Assembly (NCBI GenBank): GCA_050015075.1
Contig: JBEKCB010000025.1
Span: 18,820-82,819, forward strand
Length of the DNA: 64,000 bases
Reading direction: 5' to 3'
Origin: Candidatus Brocadiia bacterium
Lineage (GTDB): Bacteria > Planctomycetota > Brocadiia > CAIUPP01
Part shown: positions 39,431 to 48,654 of the stretch, one piece after another
Position numbering within the stretch: position 1 is the stretch's first letter
Layout: each line of letters begins with the position of its first letter
Notes under the pieces: generated by a model
Databases searched by the model: none
Told to the model about the DNA's origin: nothing
What the model saw: the letters and a program-made list of their open reading frames with translations, nothing else
Translations under genes and position numbers: made by a program

Positions 39431-40936
39431 ATGGCTCAACGAACCCTTTGCTGCGCGGCCGCCCTCCTTCTCACAGTCGTTCTCAAAGTTGCAGGCGCCG
39501 ATCTGTCGCCGGCGGCCGGGGAAGTGTCGGTCAGGGTCGCCGAGCCCGCCATGAATGAGGTCTTCGCTGAAGGCGCGACGATGACGCTCATCGCCGAAGC
39601 AAGCGCCCCGCCGGGGCGGATCGCTAAAGTGGAATTCTACAACAACGATCAGCTCATCGGCGTCAGTGCGACGGCGCCCTACCAGCTCTCATACGGCCGC
39701 GGCGGTCTGTTGCCAGGCAACTACAGCATCCACGCCAAGGCGTACGACGACCGGGGCCGATCGGCCGTTTCTCCGGCGGTCACGGTCACGGCCAGGCGCC
39801 GCGCTCAGTGGACGGCCAGGAGCTACGACTATGAGGAAACGAACGAAGGGGCGCTCAAGCAGGCGCGCCTCACCATTCCCGACGGGCTTGGCGTAGTGCG
39901 CGGAGTCCTGGTCTTTTCCAACGCAGCCGGCGGCGACACGCGAGAGGCCTGGAAGCAAAGCTGGTGCCGGGAGTTCCTTTATATGCACGACTTCGCCTTT
40001 CTCGGCACCAAGGCGTTCAACTCGCATTCTGAAACCTTGATCGTCTTCCACAACGCCCTCCGGCAGTTTGCCGGGGACAGCGGCCACCGGGAGATCGAGT
40101 CGGCGCCCTTCGCCATCTTCGGCTTCTCCGCCGGCGCCGGGTTTGCCATGACGCTCCTGGACGACAGGCCCGATCGCGTGATCGCCTGCGCGGCGGTATC
40201 GGCAAGGAACGTCAGGATGGACTCCAACGATGCCGTGGCTGCCACGCCTCTTTGCCTGATCTCCGGAGAGATGGAGACAACCCTGAACGCATGGATCGTG
40301 CCCCTGATGGAAGCGAGCCGGCCGAAAGGCGCGCTCTTCTCATGGATGAGCGTCCAGGGCTTTGCCCACCGGTTCGCGGGGCAACAGGTGCTTGCGATTC
40401 CCTTGCTCGATCAAGCCATTCGCCTGCGGTATCCCGTCGGCCAGGACCCGCTCAAGGGCCCGGTCCAGCTCTTGCCGGTTGATCCCAGGAACGGCTGGAT
40501 AGCGGATCACACGACCTGGAAAAGCGGGCTGACAACGATCACTCCTTATGCGGACTTCAAAGGCCCTCTGGGCACGTCCAGTTGGCTTTTGAATAAGGAC
40601 ATTGCCTTCATCTACCGGGCCTTCGCCACCTATGACAACCCGTTGAAGATCACATCCCTGCCGCCAACCACCGGCGAGCCGCCGGTCCTTGATCCCGGCG
40701 CGCGCCTGACTCTGCTCGTTGACGACAGCGCCTTCCCCCACTGGCGGAGCATGGAGTTCTTCGCGGGCGCGCAGAAGCTGGGCGAAGCGCATGCGCCCCC
40801 GGCCCGGTTCACCGTGTCCGACCTCAAGACAGGGGTCTATGCGTTCACCGTCCTGGCGACGGACGCCAAGGGGATCGCAAGGACGTCGAATCCGGCGCTG
40901 GTTCTCGTGCGAAAACTGCCGAAAGAAGCGCCGTGA
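39431..40936 (+). CDS. Secreted Ig-like domain plus alpha/beta hydrolase protein
   Basis: IAKVEFY...APY...GNYSIHAKAYDD Ig-like domain; GFSAGA; second Ig-like domain at the C-terminus. Confidence 0.75.
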   Translation: MAQRTLCCAAALLLTVVLKVAGADLSPAAGEVSVRVAEPAMNEVFAEGATMTLIAEASAPPGRIAKVEFYNNDQLIGVSATAPYQLSYGRGGLLPGNYSIHAKAYDDRGRSAVSPAVTVTARRRAQWTARSYDYEETNEGALKQARLTIPDGLGVVRGVLVFSNAAGGDTREAWKQSWCREFLYMHDFAFLGTKAFNSHSETLIVFHNALRQFAGDSGHREIESAPFAIFGFSAGAGFAMTLLDDRPDRVIACAAVSARNVRMDSNDAVAATPLCLISGEMETTLNAWIVPLMEASRPKGALFSWMSVQGFAHRFAGQQVLAIPLLDQAIRLRYPVGQDPLKGPVQLLPVDPRNGWIADHTTWKSGLTTITPYADFKGPLGTSSWLLNKDIAFIYRAFATYDNPLKITSLPPTTGEPPVLDPGARLTLLVDDSAFPHWRSMEFFAGAQKLGEAHAPPARFTVSDLKTGVYAFTVLATDAKGIARTSNPALVLVRKLPKEAP

Positions 40937-41095
40937 GAGACAGGCGGGCCGGTCCGCGAGTTCCGGCAAAGCACAACCTGTCCTCGCGACGGTCGCCTCG
41001 CCTTCGCCAGGTCCGTTTTCACATCCGCAAGTGCCGGTCGTTGCGACAAGCAGACGATCCCCAACCCGAAGTCTGCGACGACCGTATACGGATAA

Positions 41096-41196
41096 ACATC
41101 GAACGCTCAACATCGAACTTCCAACGCCCAAGTATTTCCGCGCTCGGAGCCGAGGGACTTGGACGTTGGGCGTTTGGCGTTGGATGTTGGGCGTTC
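41096..41196. repeat. Inverted heptamer-repeat element (AACATCG/AACGCTC-type); related copy at 9822-9902
   Basis: AACATCG AACGCTC AACATCG ... mirrored by GGACGTT GGGCGTT GGATGTT. Confidence 0.6.
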
Positions 41197-41206
41197 ATCC
41201 GTTCAC

Positions 41207-41384
41207 GGCTGGCCAAATAAGTCCTAGGACAAACCGATCCGGCGCCTCTTTCCAATCAGCCGCGCGAGGGCCGCGCGTGGGCGTACCTACTATAGAACAA
41301 CGGCTTACGCGCTTTTTCACCGACAACTCCCCGGAATACCACGCGCGAATTTCGCTTGACAAGCGGGATTCTCGCGGGCAGAAT
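41207..41384 (+). repeat. Complete att-like element: core, box and shared promoter copy 6 (41356-41384)
   Basis: GGCTGGCCA at 41207; box at 41257; TTGACA-N17-CAGAAT. Confidence 0.75.
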
Positions 41385-41484
41385 CCGATGTTTGATGACT
41401 GACCATCGTGTGGGCGGCGGCCATCTGGCAAATCCCGAACCACCTATTATTCGCCCCTGCTGCAGGGACAGGAGGGCAACTCAG

Positions 41485-42834
41485 ATGCTCAAGATCGAAT
41501 TCTGTGCTGCGGCGGTTTTCGCGGCGCTGGTCGCAACGGCCGCTCGCGGCGGCGAAGAGAAGAGCGTTCTCCCGCGCTCGGACAACGCGGCCATCCTGTA
41601 TCTGGAGGGCGCTGCGACACGAGCAGTCCCGCAATCGGCGGGGGAACTGGAAGCGCTCAAGTTCATGGACGAGGAGTTCGGCAAGCTGCCGCCCGCCGCG
41701 CTGAGCGACAGACCCGACGCCGTGGCCCTGCTCTCGCGCGACCTGGATTCCGACGGCGCCATGAGCCTGCTTCACGACGGCGCCCAACGGGGACCCTGCG
41801 CCTTCGACCTGAACTGGGATGCCGGCCCCGATATGGAAATGCCGCATCTCGGGCTTTTGAGGCTGTTCGCGTTCCGCTGCGTCGCGGCGGCCAAGTGCGC
41901 GGAGTTCCGAGGCGATCCCGTTCGCGCCGCCGAAATCTGCGGGGACCTCGCTCGGATGGGCGCGCACGTCGGCCGGGAGCCGGTCCTCATGTCCGGCCTC
42001 GTCGCGGCGCTAATTCAGAATGTGGCCGCGTCCGAGGCGGAGGGCTTGCTCTCGCGCAGTCCGGGCCGCGAGTCCGTGGAGAAACTGCTCCGGGCGCTCC
42101 AGAGCCTGCCCGAGCCGCTCAGGATGGATTCCTACTGCCGCGTCGACGCCGAATTCTGGGGAGAATGGGTCATTCGCAAGGCCCAAGCGCCTGAGAAGGA
42201 ACTAATGGACTTCATCCGGGATTACCTGCACGGCGAGGGTCCCCCTTCGAAAATGGCGACTCATGAGCTGGAAGGCCTGAAGGAGCCGGAAATCAGGGCT
42301 CGTATCCTTGAATGGGCACGCGGCTACCAGCAGCACATGCGACGGTTGGCCAGAAATGTCGCCGGCCCCTACCATGAGGCAGCGCCGGCCATCACGGATG
42401 AAGAGCGCGGACTGAATAACACGATTCTTGAAATGACGTCCCGTGAGCTCCAGGGGGATCGGGACTTAGGGAACCCACTCCTGCAGATCTTCGTGCCGGC
42501 GTTGACAGTCAGCGCCCTGCCCTCTCTCGCCAATGCCGAGGCCCGGATCGGGATGATGCGCGTGTTGTGCGCCGCGATGCTGCTGAAAGAGGAGACCGGC
42601 AGCTATCCGGCGAACCTCGAGGAGCTTCGCCGCTACTTCCCCGATGGCTTTCCCAAAGACCCGTTCACGGGCAAAGACTACACGCTATCCATGAGCGGCG
42701 GCCTTCCCGCCGTAAGCTGCGGCGCGCCGGAGGAGGTCAGGAAGAAATCGCCGAATGACTTCTCGTTTGACCTCGCGCGACAGCGCAGACTGGACGCCGA
42801 AGCCTTGAAGAATTTCCGGGGCCACGCGAGGTAA
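41485..42834 (+). CDS. Secreted helical hypothetical protein
   Basis: GGAGGG RBS; signal peptide; DNAAILY...YPANLEEL...KDPFTG, similar to a domain of the M56 protein. Confidence 0.8.
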   Translation: MLKIEFCAAAVFAALVATAARGGEEKSVLPRSDNAAILYLEGAATRAVPQSAGELEALKFMDEEFGKLPPAALSDRPDAVALLSRDLDSDGAMSLLHDGAQRGPCAFDLNWDAGPDMEMPHLGLLRLFAFRCVAAAKCAEFRGDPVRAAEICGDLARMGAHVGREPVLMSGLVAALIQNVAASEAEGLLSRSPGRESVEKLLRALQSLPEPLRMDSYCRVDAEFWGEWVIRKAQAPEKELMDFIRDYLHGEGPPSKMATHELEGLKEPEIRARILEWARGYQQHMRRLARNVAGPYHEAAPAITDEERGLNNTILEMTSRELQGDRDLGNPLLQIFVPALTVSALPSLANAEARIGMMRVLCAAMLLKEETGSYPANLEELRRYFPDGFPKDPFTGKDYTLSMSGGLPAVSCGAPEEVRKKSPNDFSFDLARQRRLDAEALKNFRGHAR

Positions 42835-43203
42835 GACTCAGAGCCAACCAAGCCCGCCCGCGAAGACGCGAAAGATCTCCGGGGGATTCGCTGGGGAAAT
42901 AATACCAATTATTTCCTGCCCAGCGGGGCATATGATCTGGTCGTTTGGCTGGCCATACCATACCTACAGCAAACCGCTCCGGCTCCTGGTGCCCTTCAGC
43001 CGTGTCAAAATGGCACACGGACGCATCGGTTTCCATAGCAAGGGCACGCTGCAATTCACCTGACAAATGACTCCGACGGATTGAACCGCCAGGACGCCAA
43101 GAGGGCTAGGGCCCTGGTTGACGCTTCTATGCGTCGAGCGTAGAATGCCAGCTCTACGAGGAAGCGCTCGTGGAGAGACGGTCAATGCAGGAGCCCGACG
43201 GAA

Positions 43204-43842
43204 ATGATCAGAGTCGGTGGCGCACGAATCGGTTGGGTTAACGCTACCTGGCCGTTTGCAATACTGACTGTACAACGGGATCGGCTTGTGTTGAACGCCA
43301 CGCTGATCGGCAAGTACTCTTTTTGTCCCGACCAGGTTGTGGGGATTGAAAGGTACTCAATCATACCCTTTCTTGGCTGGGGCATCAGGATTCAACACAA
43401 CGTCTCGACCTACCCCAAGAGGATAGTCTACTGGTGTTTCGGCAGTCCCGCTTCGCTTCTCCGAAGAATCCGAGAAAGCGGATTTGTCCCCACGGCATGC
43501 CCGGATTCGGTTCCGGCTGGACGGGGGCTACCCGTCAGATGGCAGGCAATCGTGGCAATGGTCCTTTTGTGGAACGGCTTGTGCTTCTTAGACATGTACA
43601 CCGTTCTAGGCCGGCTCGCCTGGCAAGCGACGTGGAAGCCAGGGATTTTTGCTCTCCTCGCGCTGCTCTTTGTGTTCGCGGGTTCGCTCGCAATATGGCG
43701 GTCTCGCGTCCTGCAACACTTGATCCTAAGACCGGGGCACAGTTGCAGCGAGATTAAGGCATGGCTCTACCTGCTTGCCGAGGTTTCGTGCGGCCTGGTT
43801 ATATTCTTCACCTACTTTTCGTTTGTTGGTCGCAATCAGTAA
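43204..43842 (+). CDS. Hypothetical membrane protein
   Basis: Three C-terminal TM helices; TTGACG-N17-TAGAAT at 43118-43146; lower GC. Confidence 0.65.
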   Translation: MIRVGGARIGWVNATWPFAILTVQRDRLVLNATLIGKYSFCPDQVVGIERYSIIPFLGWGIRIQHNVSTYPKRIVYWCFGSPASLLRRIRESGFVPTACPDSVPAGRGLPVRWQAIVAMVLLWNGLCFLDMYTVLGRLAWQATWKPGIFALLALLFVFAGSLAIWRSRVLQHLILRPGHSCSEIKAWLYLLAEVSCGLVIFFTYFSFVGRNQ

Positions 43843-43930
43843 CGCCCCTCGTGAGTTCCGCGGACGCACGACTTATCCGTACGTCCGTCTTGCAGCCGCT
43901 ACAACAACTGGGTTCGACCGGAGAGAGACG

Positions 43931-44107
43931 TTGGCCAAATAGGTCCTACGCCGAACCACTCAGGATTCTCGTCCCAATCAGGCGCGCGAGGGGCGCGCAC
44001 GGGCGTATCGTCTTACAGGACGGGGGTTTACGCGCCTGCTGATAGACAACACTCAGGAGAGCCGCGTGCAACTTCCGCTTGACAGGCGGGCTTCTGATGG
44101 TCAAAAT
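43931..44107 (+). repeat. att-like element plus shared promoter copy 7 (44079-44107)
   Basis: TTGGCCA at 43931; box at 43979; TTGACA-ggcgggcttctgatggt-CAAAAT. Confidence 0.7.
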
Positions 44108-44157
44108 CCTAGAGCGGACCGCAAGCACAATTGAACAAAGGGGAGATGAGAAGGAAC

Positions 44158-45657
44158 ATGATGAACCGGATTGCCGCTTGCGCGGCGGTCGTACTGAGCT
44201 TGCTGGCGACAACATCCTGCCGTCCTGCCAGGTACAAGGTTCAAGAGACTCGGCTCGGGCCTTGCGACAAGAGTGTGGACTTGGCCTATATTGCAGCCTT
44301 TTCCAGGGATAGCTCTCATCTGGCGTACTTTCTTAGACATGGCGCAAAGGTTCGTGTCGTCGCCGACGGCCGGCCGGACACGGAGTACGATGAGATCGCT
44401 GAGGGAAGTCTGACATTCAGTCCCGATGGCGGACGGCTGGCTTATGCGGCCAGGACGGGCTCTAAGTGGTTCGCCGTCGTGGACGGTCAAACGAGTGTGG
44501 GATACGACAAGATTGGACCGAGGCATGGGATACACTTCTTCGCCGTTCAATTCAGCCCCGATGGCAAGCGCGTTGCGTATGTGGCGCAGAAGGGTGAGAA
44601 GTCGTTGATGGTGGTGGATGGCCAAGCAGGCCCGGAATATGACGATGTCGGTTACCAACAATTCAGCCCCGACAGTAATCACGTGGCATATGCGGCCAGC
44701 AAGGGGCAAAAGTGGACCGTGGTGGAGGACGGCCAACCGGGCGCAGAGTACGACGGAATCGGTTTTGGCTACATGGTGACGTTCAGCAACGACGGCAAAC
44801 ACCTGGCGTACACTGCTCGAAAGGATAAGAAGGTTATTGCTGTAGTTGACGGTCGCCCTGCCGTGGAGTACGACGAAATCCTTTACGATGACCTGACCTT
44901 TAGCCCCGACAGCAAGCACATAACCTATGCAGCCAAGAAGGACGGGAAGTGGTTTGTGGTTGTGGATGGCCAGCCAGGCTTGGAATACGACAAAGTTTCT
45001 GTTCCTGTCTTCAGCACGGACGGCAAGCGGATGGCATATGTGGCCGACAAAGGCGGAAAGAGCCGGCTTGTTATGGACGGCAAGCCGGGCGCAGAGTACA
45101 ACCATGTTGACCGGCCATTCTTCAGCCCTGATGGCGAACGCTTCGCTTACGCGGCCACAAGGGGAACAAAGAGCTTCGCCGTCGTGGACAATCGAGCGGA
45201 CACGGAATATGACAAAGTTGCGGTTCTAGCACCCTTCAGCCCTGACAGTAAGCATGTGGCGTATGTGGCCAAGAAGGGCGAGAAGTGGACTGCCGTGGTT
45301 GATGGCATTCCATCAGTCGAATATGACCAAATAAACTTTGCTCCCACCTTTAGCCCCGATAGCAAGCGCATTGCGTATGAAGTCAAAAGTGGGGAGAAGT
45401 GGTTTGAGGTGGTAGACGGCAAAGTGAGCGCGGAATGCAGCTACGATTTGGGGCCTGCTTTCAGTCAGGACAGCAGGCACATTATGTACCTGGACGATAA
45501 AGGCGCGAAGTGCTCACTGGTGCTGGATGGTCAGCCTGGCGCTGAGTATGACAAGATACTCGTGGCCGATTGTGCTTTCGGCCGCGACGACAATGTGGAA
45601 TTTCTCGGGATCAGCGAGAATTCCCTCTACCGCGTGAAATACATCCCGGCACCGTGA
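44158..45657 (+). CDS. TolB/PD40-like beta-propeller repeat lipoprotein
   Basis: About 11 repeats of FSPDxKxxAYxA..G.KW..VVDG....EYD; lipobox-like TTSC. Confidence 0.8.
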   Translation: MMNRIAACAAVVLSLLATTSCRPARYKVQETRLGPCDKSVDLAYIAAFSRDSSHLAYFLRHGAKVRVVADGRPDTEYDEIAEGSLTFSPDGGRLAYAARTGSKWFAVVDGQTSVGYDKIGPRHGIHFFAVQFSPDGKRVAYVAQKGEKSLMVVDGQAGPEYDDVGYQQFSPDSNHVAYAASKGQKWTVVEDGQPGAEYDGIGFGYMVTFSNDGKHLAYTARKDKKVIAVVDGRPAVEYDEILYDDLTFSPDSKHITYAAKKDGKWFVVVDGQPGLEYDKVSVPVFSTDGKRMAYVADKGGKSRLVMDGKPGAEYNHVDRPFFSPDGERFAYAATRGTKSFAVVDNRADTEYDKVAVLAPFSPDSKHVAYVAKKGEKWTAVVDGIPSVEYDQINFAPTFSPDSKRIAYEVKSGEKWFEVVDGKVSAECSYDLGPAFSQDSRHIMYLDDKGAKCSLVLDGQPGAEYDKILVADCAFGRDDNVEFLGISENSLYRVKYIPAP

Positions 45658-45683
45658 GGCTGGTTTACTGTAACGCATAAAAC

Positions 45684-45730
45684 GGCTGGCCATCCAGGAC
45701 TCGAACCTGAAACGCCTAATCCAGCGTCAG
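45684..45730 (-). pseudogene. Degenerate 3' half of tRNA-Gln(CTG), probable att scar
   Basis: Minus strand reads CTGA-CGCTGGA-TTAG (anticodon arm, CTG), TCAGG-TTCGAGT-CCTGG (T arm), ATGGCCA-GCC; no matching 5' acceptor strand or D arm. Confidence 0.6.
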
Positions 45731-45866
45731 TTGTGTTTTCATCGGCCGTCCCGCCGGCGACGCTCCTTGGAATGGCGAAGTGCCGGGTGGTATACTGCGT
45801 ACGTTAGCAGCCTTGCCTATTGAAGTTCGCGATAGCAATGGAATGCGCGTTTGAAGGAGCCGATCT

Positions 45867-46679
45867 ATGATTATGCACGTCAACAGGACACGGCGCGCGG
45901 TGAATCTTTGGCCGGGCGCGGCGCCGACGCCGGATGGGGTGAGTTCCGGCGTGGAACCGTTCATCGTTCCGCACACCGTCCGCGGCAAGCCGCGCGGCGC
46001 GGTGGTCGTCTGCCCCGGCGGCGGATATGGAGCGCTGGCCGCGCATGAGGGATTCCCCATCGCGGAATGGCTCAACGAGGCGGGCATCGGCGCGTTCGTG
46101 CTGCGCTATCGCCATTCGCCGCATCGCTACCCGGTCCCGTTGATGGACGCGCAGCGGGCGATCCGCCTGGTGCGCGCGCGGGCGAAGGAGTGGAACGTCA
46201 AGCCGAACCATGTGGCCATCCTCGGCTTCTCCGCGGGCGGGCACCTGACGGCGTCGGCGGCGACGCATTTCGCCGCGGGCCGCGCCGCCGCGAAGGACCC
46301 GGTCGAGCGGCAGAGCTGCCGGCCCGACGCGGCGATCCTCTGCTACCCGGTGATCACCTTCGCCGGCGGCTTGAACCAGGGCACGCGGACGAACTTGCTC
46401 GGCCGGAAGCCGCCGCAAAAGCTGGTCCGTTCGCTCTCGAACGAACTCCAGGTCACGCCGCGCACGCCGCCGGCGTTCCTGTGGCACACCGCCGACGACA
46501 ACACGGTCAGCGTGCAGGACAGCCTGCTCTTCGCGAAGGCGCTGAGCCTGAACAAGGTCCCGTTCGAGCTGCACGTCTTCCCGCATGGGCGGCACGGCCT
46601 GGGCCTGGCGACGGATGATCCGGTCGTCGGCCAGTGGCCTGCGCTCTGCGCGAAGTGGCTCATCGGCCTGGGCTTCTGA
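45867..46679 (+). CDS. Alpha/beta hydrolase (acetyl/xylan esterase-like)
   Basis: CPGGGY, GFSAGGHL, HTADD, HGRHGLGL. Confidence 0.88.
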   Translation: MIMHVNRTRRAVNLWPGAAPTPDGVSSGVEPFIVPHTVRGKPRGAVVVCPGGGYGALAAHEGFPIAEWLNEAGIGAFVLRYRHSPHRYPVPLMDAQRAIRLVRARAKEWNVKPNHVAILGFSAGGHLTASAATHFAAGRAAAKDPVERQSCRPDAAILCYPVITFAGGLNQGTRTNLLGRKPPQKLVRSLSNELQVTPRTPPAFLWHTADDNTVSVQDSLLFAKALSLNKVPFELHVFPHGRHGLGLATDDPVVGQWPALCAKWLIGLGF

Positions 46680-46697
46680 AACGACAACGGGATAGTT

Positions 46698-46823
46698 GCC
46701 ACGGATTAACGAAAGAAGCGACGGCGACGACGAAATTTTTGGCCACGGATTTCCACGGATTAACGAAAAGCAAGGATTTAAGTTCGTCGCCGGTAATCCG
46801 TGTAAATCCGTGAAATCCGTGGC
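46698..46823. repeat. Palindromic CCACGGAT/ATCCGTG repeat element
   Basis: CCACGGAT x3 mirrored by ATCCGTG x3. Confidence 0.65.
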
Positions 46824-46853
46824 GAAAAACTCTGTTTCTGTGAAGATCAGAAT

Positions 46854-48452
46854 ATGAAACCTCGTCGGAAGGCTGCGCGGGCGGATGCGTTTCCGGTCTG
46901 CCGCGCGCTGATCGGTCCCAGGGCGTGGCCGCGCCTGCTGAAGGCCTGCGGCGGGATGGCCAGGCCGGAATCGCTGCCGGACCGCCTGGCTGCGATGAAG
47001 GACGCGCCCGGCGCGCCCGATTTTCTCGCCGAGCTGGCGCGGCTGGAATGGGCGCGCCATGAAGTCTCTCAGGCGGCGACGCCGGCCGCGAACGAGACGG
47101 ACCGGTTCGAGGTCAACCCGACGCTGGACCTGCTGCCGCTTTCCTGGCGGCTGTGCGGGCTGGTGAGCCCGAACGTGGCCTCTGCACCTGCGGCGCCGCG
47201 GGCCGGCGCGGAACACGCAATGGTCTGGCGCGATCCCGTCACGGGCGGGACGCGCGTCCAGGCCGCCGAGGATGCCGAGCTGCTGGCATTGAAGGTGGTG
47301 GTCGAAGAGATCCCGATCGCGAAGGCGGCGCGGGCGGCGAAGGTGGCCGTTCCGGTCGTGGAAAACGCGCTCTGGCGCGCGGCGGAGAAGGGCATCCTTC
47401 TGCCGCCATGCTCGCGCATCCGGCGCGACCCGGCGCTCTTTCCGATCCCCGCGGAGACGCCCGCGGCGTTCACGTCGTCTCCGGCGTTCCTGCTCCAGTG
47501 GCATATCACTCAGGCCTGCGACCTGCGCTGCAAGCATTGTTACGACCGCAGCAAGCGGTCGCCGCTGACGCTCGAACAGGGCGTGAAGGTCCTCGATGAC
47601 CTGCGCCGCTTCTGCGCCGATCGCCGCGTGCGCGGGCACGTGTGCTTCACGGGCGGAAACCCGTTCCTGTATCCGTACTTCGTCGGGCTCTGGCGCGCGG
47701 CGGCGGAACGCGGGTTCCCGCTTTCGATCCTGGGCAACCCGGTCCCGCGCGCGGCGCTGGAAGAGCTGCTCGCCATCAAGCGCCCGCAGTATTACCAGGT
47801 CAGCCTGGAAGGGCTGCCGGAGTACAACGACCGGATCCGCGGCGCCGGGCACTTCGCGCGCACGATCGAGTTCTTCGGGGTGCTGCGCGACCTGGAGATC
47901 GAGTCCACCGTCATGCTCACGGTCGCGCGCGACAACCTGGAGCAGGTGCTGCCGCTGGCCGAACGGCTCCGCGGCCACACGAGGCACTTCAACTTCAACC
48001 GCCTCTCGCAGGTCGGCGAAGGCGCCGCGCTGACGATGCCGTCGCGCGCGGCTTACGCGGCGTTCCTCGAAATGTACCTCACGGTGGCGAAGAGCAACCC
48101 GATCCTGCATCTGAAGGATAACCTGTTCAACATCGTCCGGCGGCGCCGGGGCGAGGCGCCGTTCGACGGCTGCACCGGCTACGGATGCGGCGCGGCGTTC
48201 AACTTCGTCGCGGTGCTGCCCGACGGCGAGACGCACGCCTGCCGGAAATTCCCTTCGCCGATCGGCAACCTGCTCCGACAGGACCTGGGCGAAATCTACG
48301 ACTCCGAGGCGGCCCGCCGATACCGCGCCGGCTGCCGCGCCTGCGCGGAGTGCCCGCTGCGCCCGACCTGCGGCGGCTGCATGGCCATCGCCTTCGCGCG
48401 CGGTCTGAATGCCTTCGAGGAGCGCGACCCGTATTGCTTCATGGACGAATAA
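46854..48452 (+). CDS. Radical SAM/SPASM peptide maturase, SbtM (selenobiotic-family) like
   Basis: N-terminal accessory domain; LQWHITQACDLRCKHCYDRS; GCTGYGCGAAFNF; CRACAECPLRPTCGGC. Confidence 0.75.
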   Translation: MKPRRKAARADAFPVCRALIGPRAWPRLLKACGGMARPESLPDRLAAMKDAPGAPDFLAELARLEWARHEVSQAATPAANETDRFEVNPTLDLLPLSWRLCGLVSPNVASAPAAPRAGAEHAMVWRDPVTGGTRVQAAEDAELLALKVVVEEIPIAKAARAAKVAVPVVENALWRAAEKGILLPPCSRIRRDPALFPIPAETPAAFTSSPAFLLQWHITQACDLRCKHCYDRSKRSPLTLEQGVKVLDDLRRFCADRRVRGHVCFTGGNPFLYPYFVGLWRAAAERGFPLSILGNPVPRAALEELLAIKRPQYYQVSLEGLPEYNDRIRGAGHFARTIEFFGVLRDLEIESTVMLTVARDNLEQVLPLAERLRGHTRHFNFNRLSQVGEGAALTMPSRAAYAAFLEMYLTVAKSNPILHLKDNLFNIVRRRRGEAPFDGCTGYGCGAAFNFVAVLPDGETHACRKFPSPIGNLLRQDLGEIYDSEAARRYRAGCRACAECPLRPTCGGCMAIAFARGLNAFEERDPYCFMDE

Positions 48453-48530
48453 TGCTTCCACGGGGTTCCCGAGTGTTTGCGGGGCGGCTGGCATCGCATT
48501 CGGGAAGTAACACGCTTAAGTCCAGACCGC

Positions 48531-48617
48531 GTCACCCTGAGCGCAGCGAAGGGTCTCATACCCTAAACCGTTGTCCGCACGCTGCGTATGAGATTCTTCG
48601 CTTCGCTCAGAATGACA
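48531..48617. repeat. REP-like palindrome (GTCACCCTGAGCGCAGCGAAGG...CTTCGCTTCGCTCAGAATGAC); partial copy near 32635
   Basis: Inverted repeat arms. Confidence 0.65.
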
Positions 48618-48654
48618 GCCTGTTTACGTTCTGGAACGCTGCGCCCGGAACCGG

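Noticed and set aside
7162-45730. Classical integron with attC sites
   Set aside because: No intI gene, and the recurrent elements lack RYYYAAC...GTTRRRY boxes.
45684-45760. Intact tRNA gene
   Set aside because: No 5' acceptor strand complementary to ATGGCCA and no D arm at the required distance.
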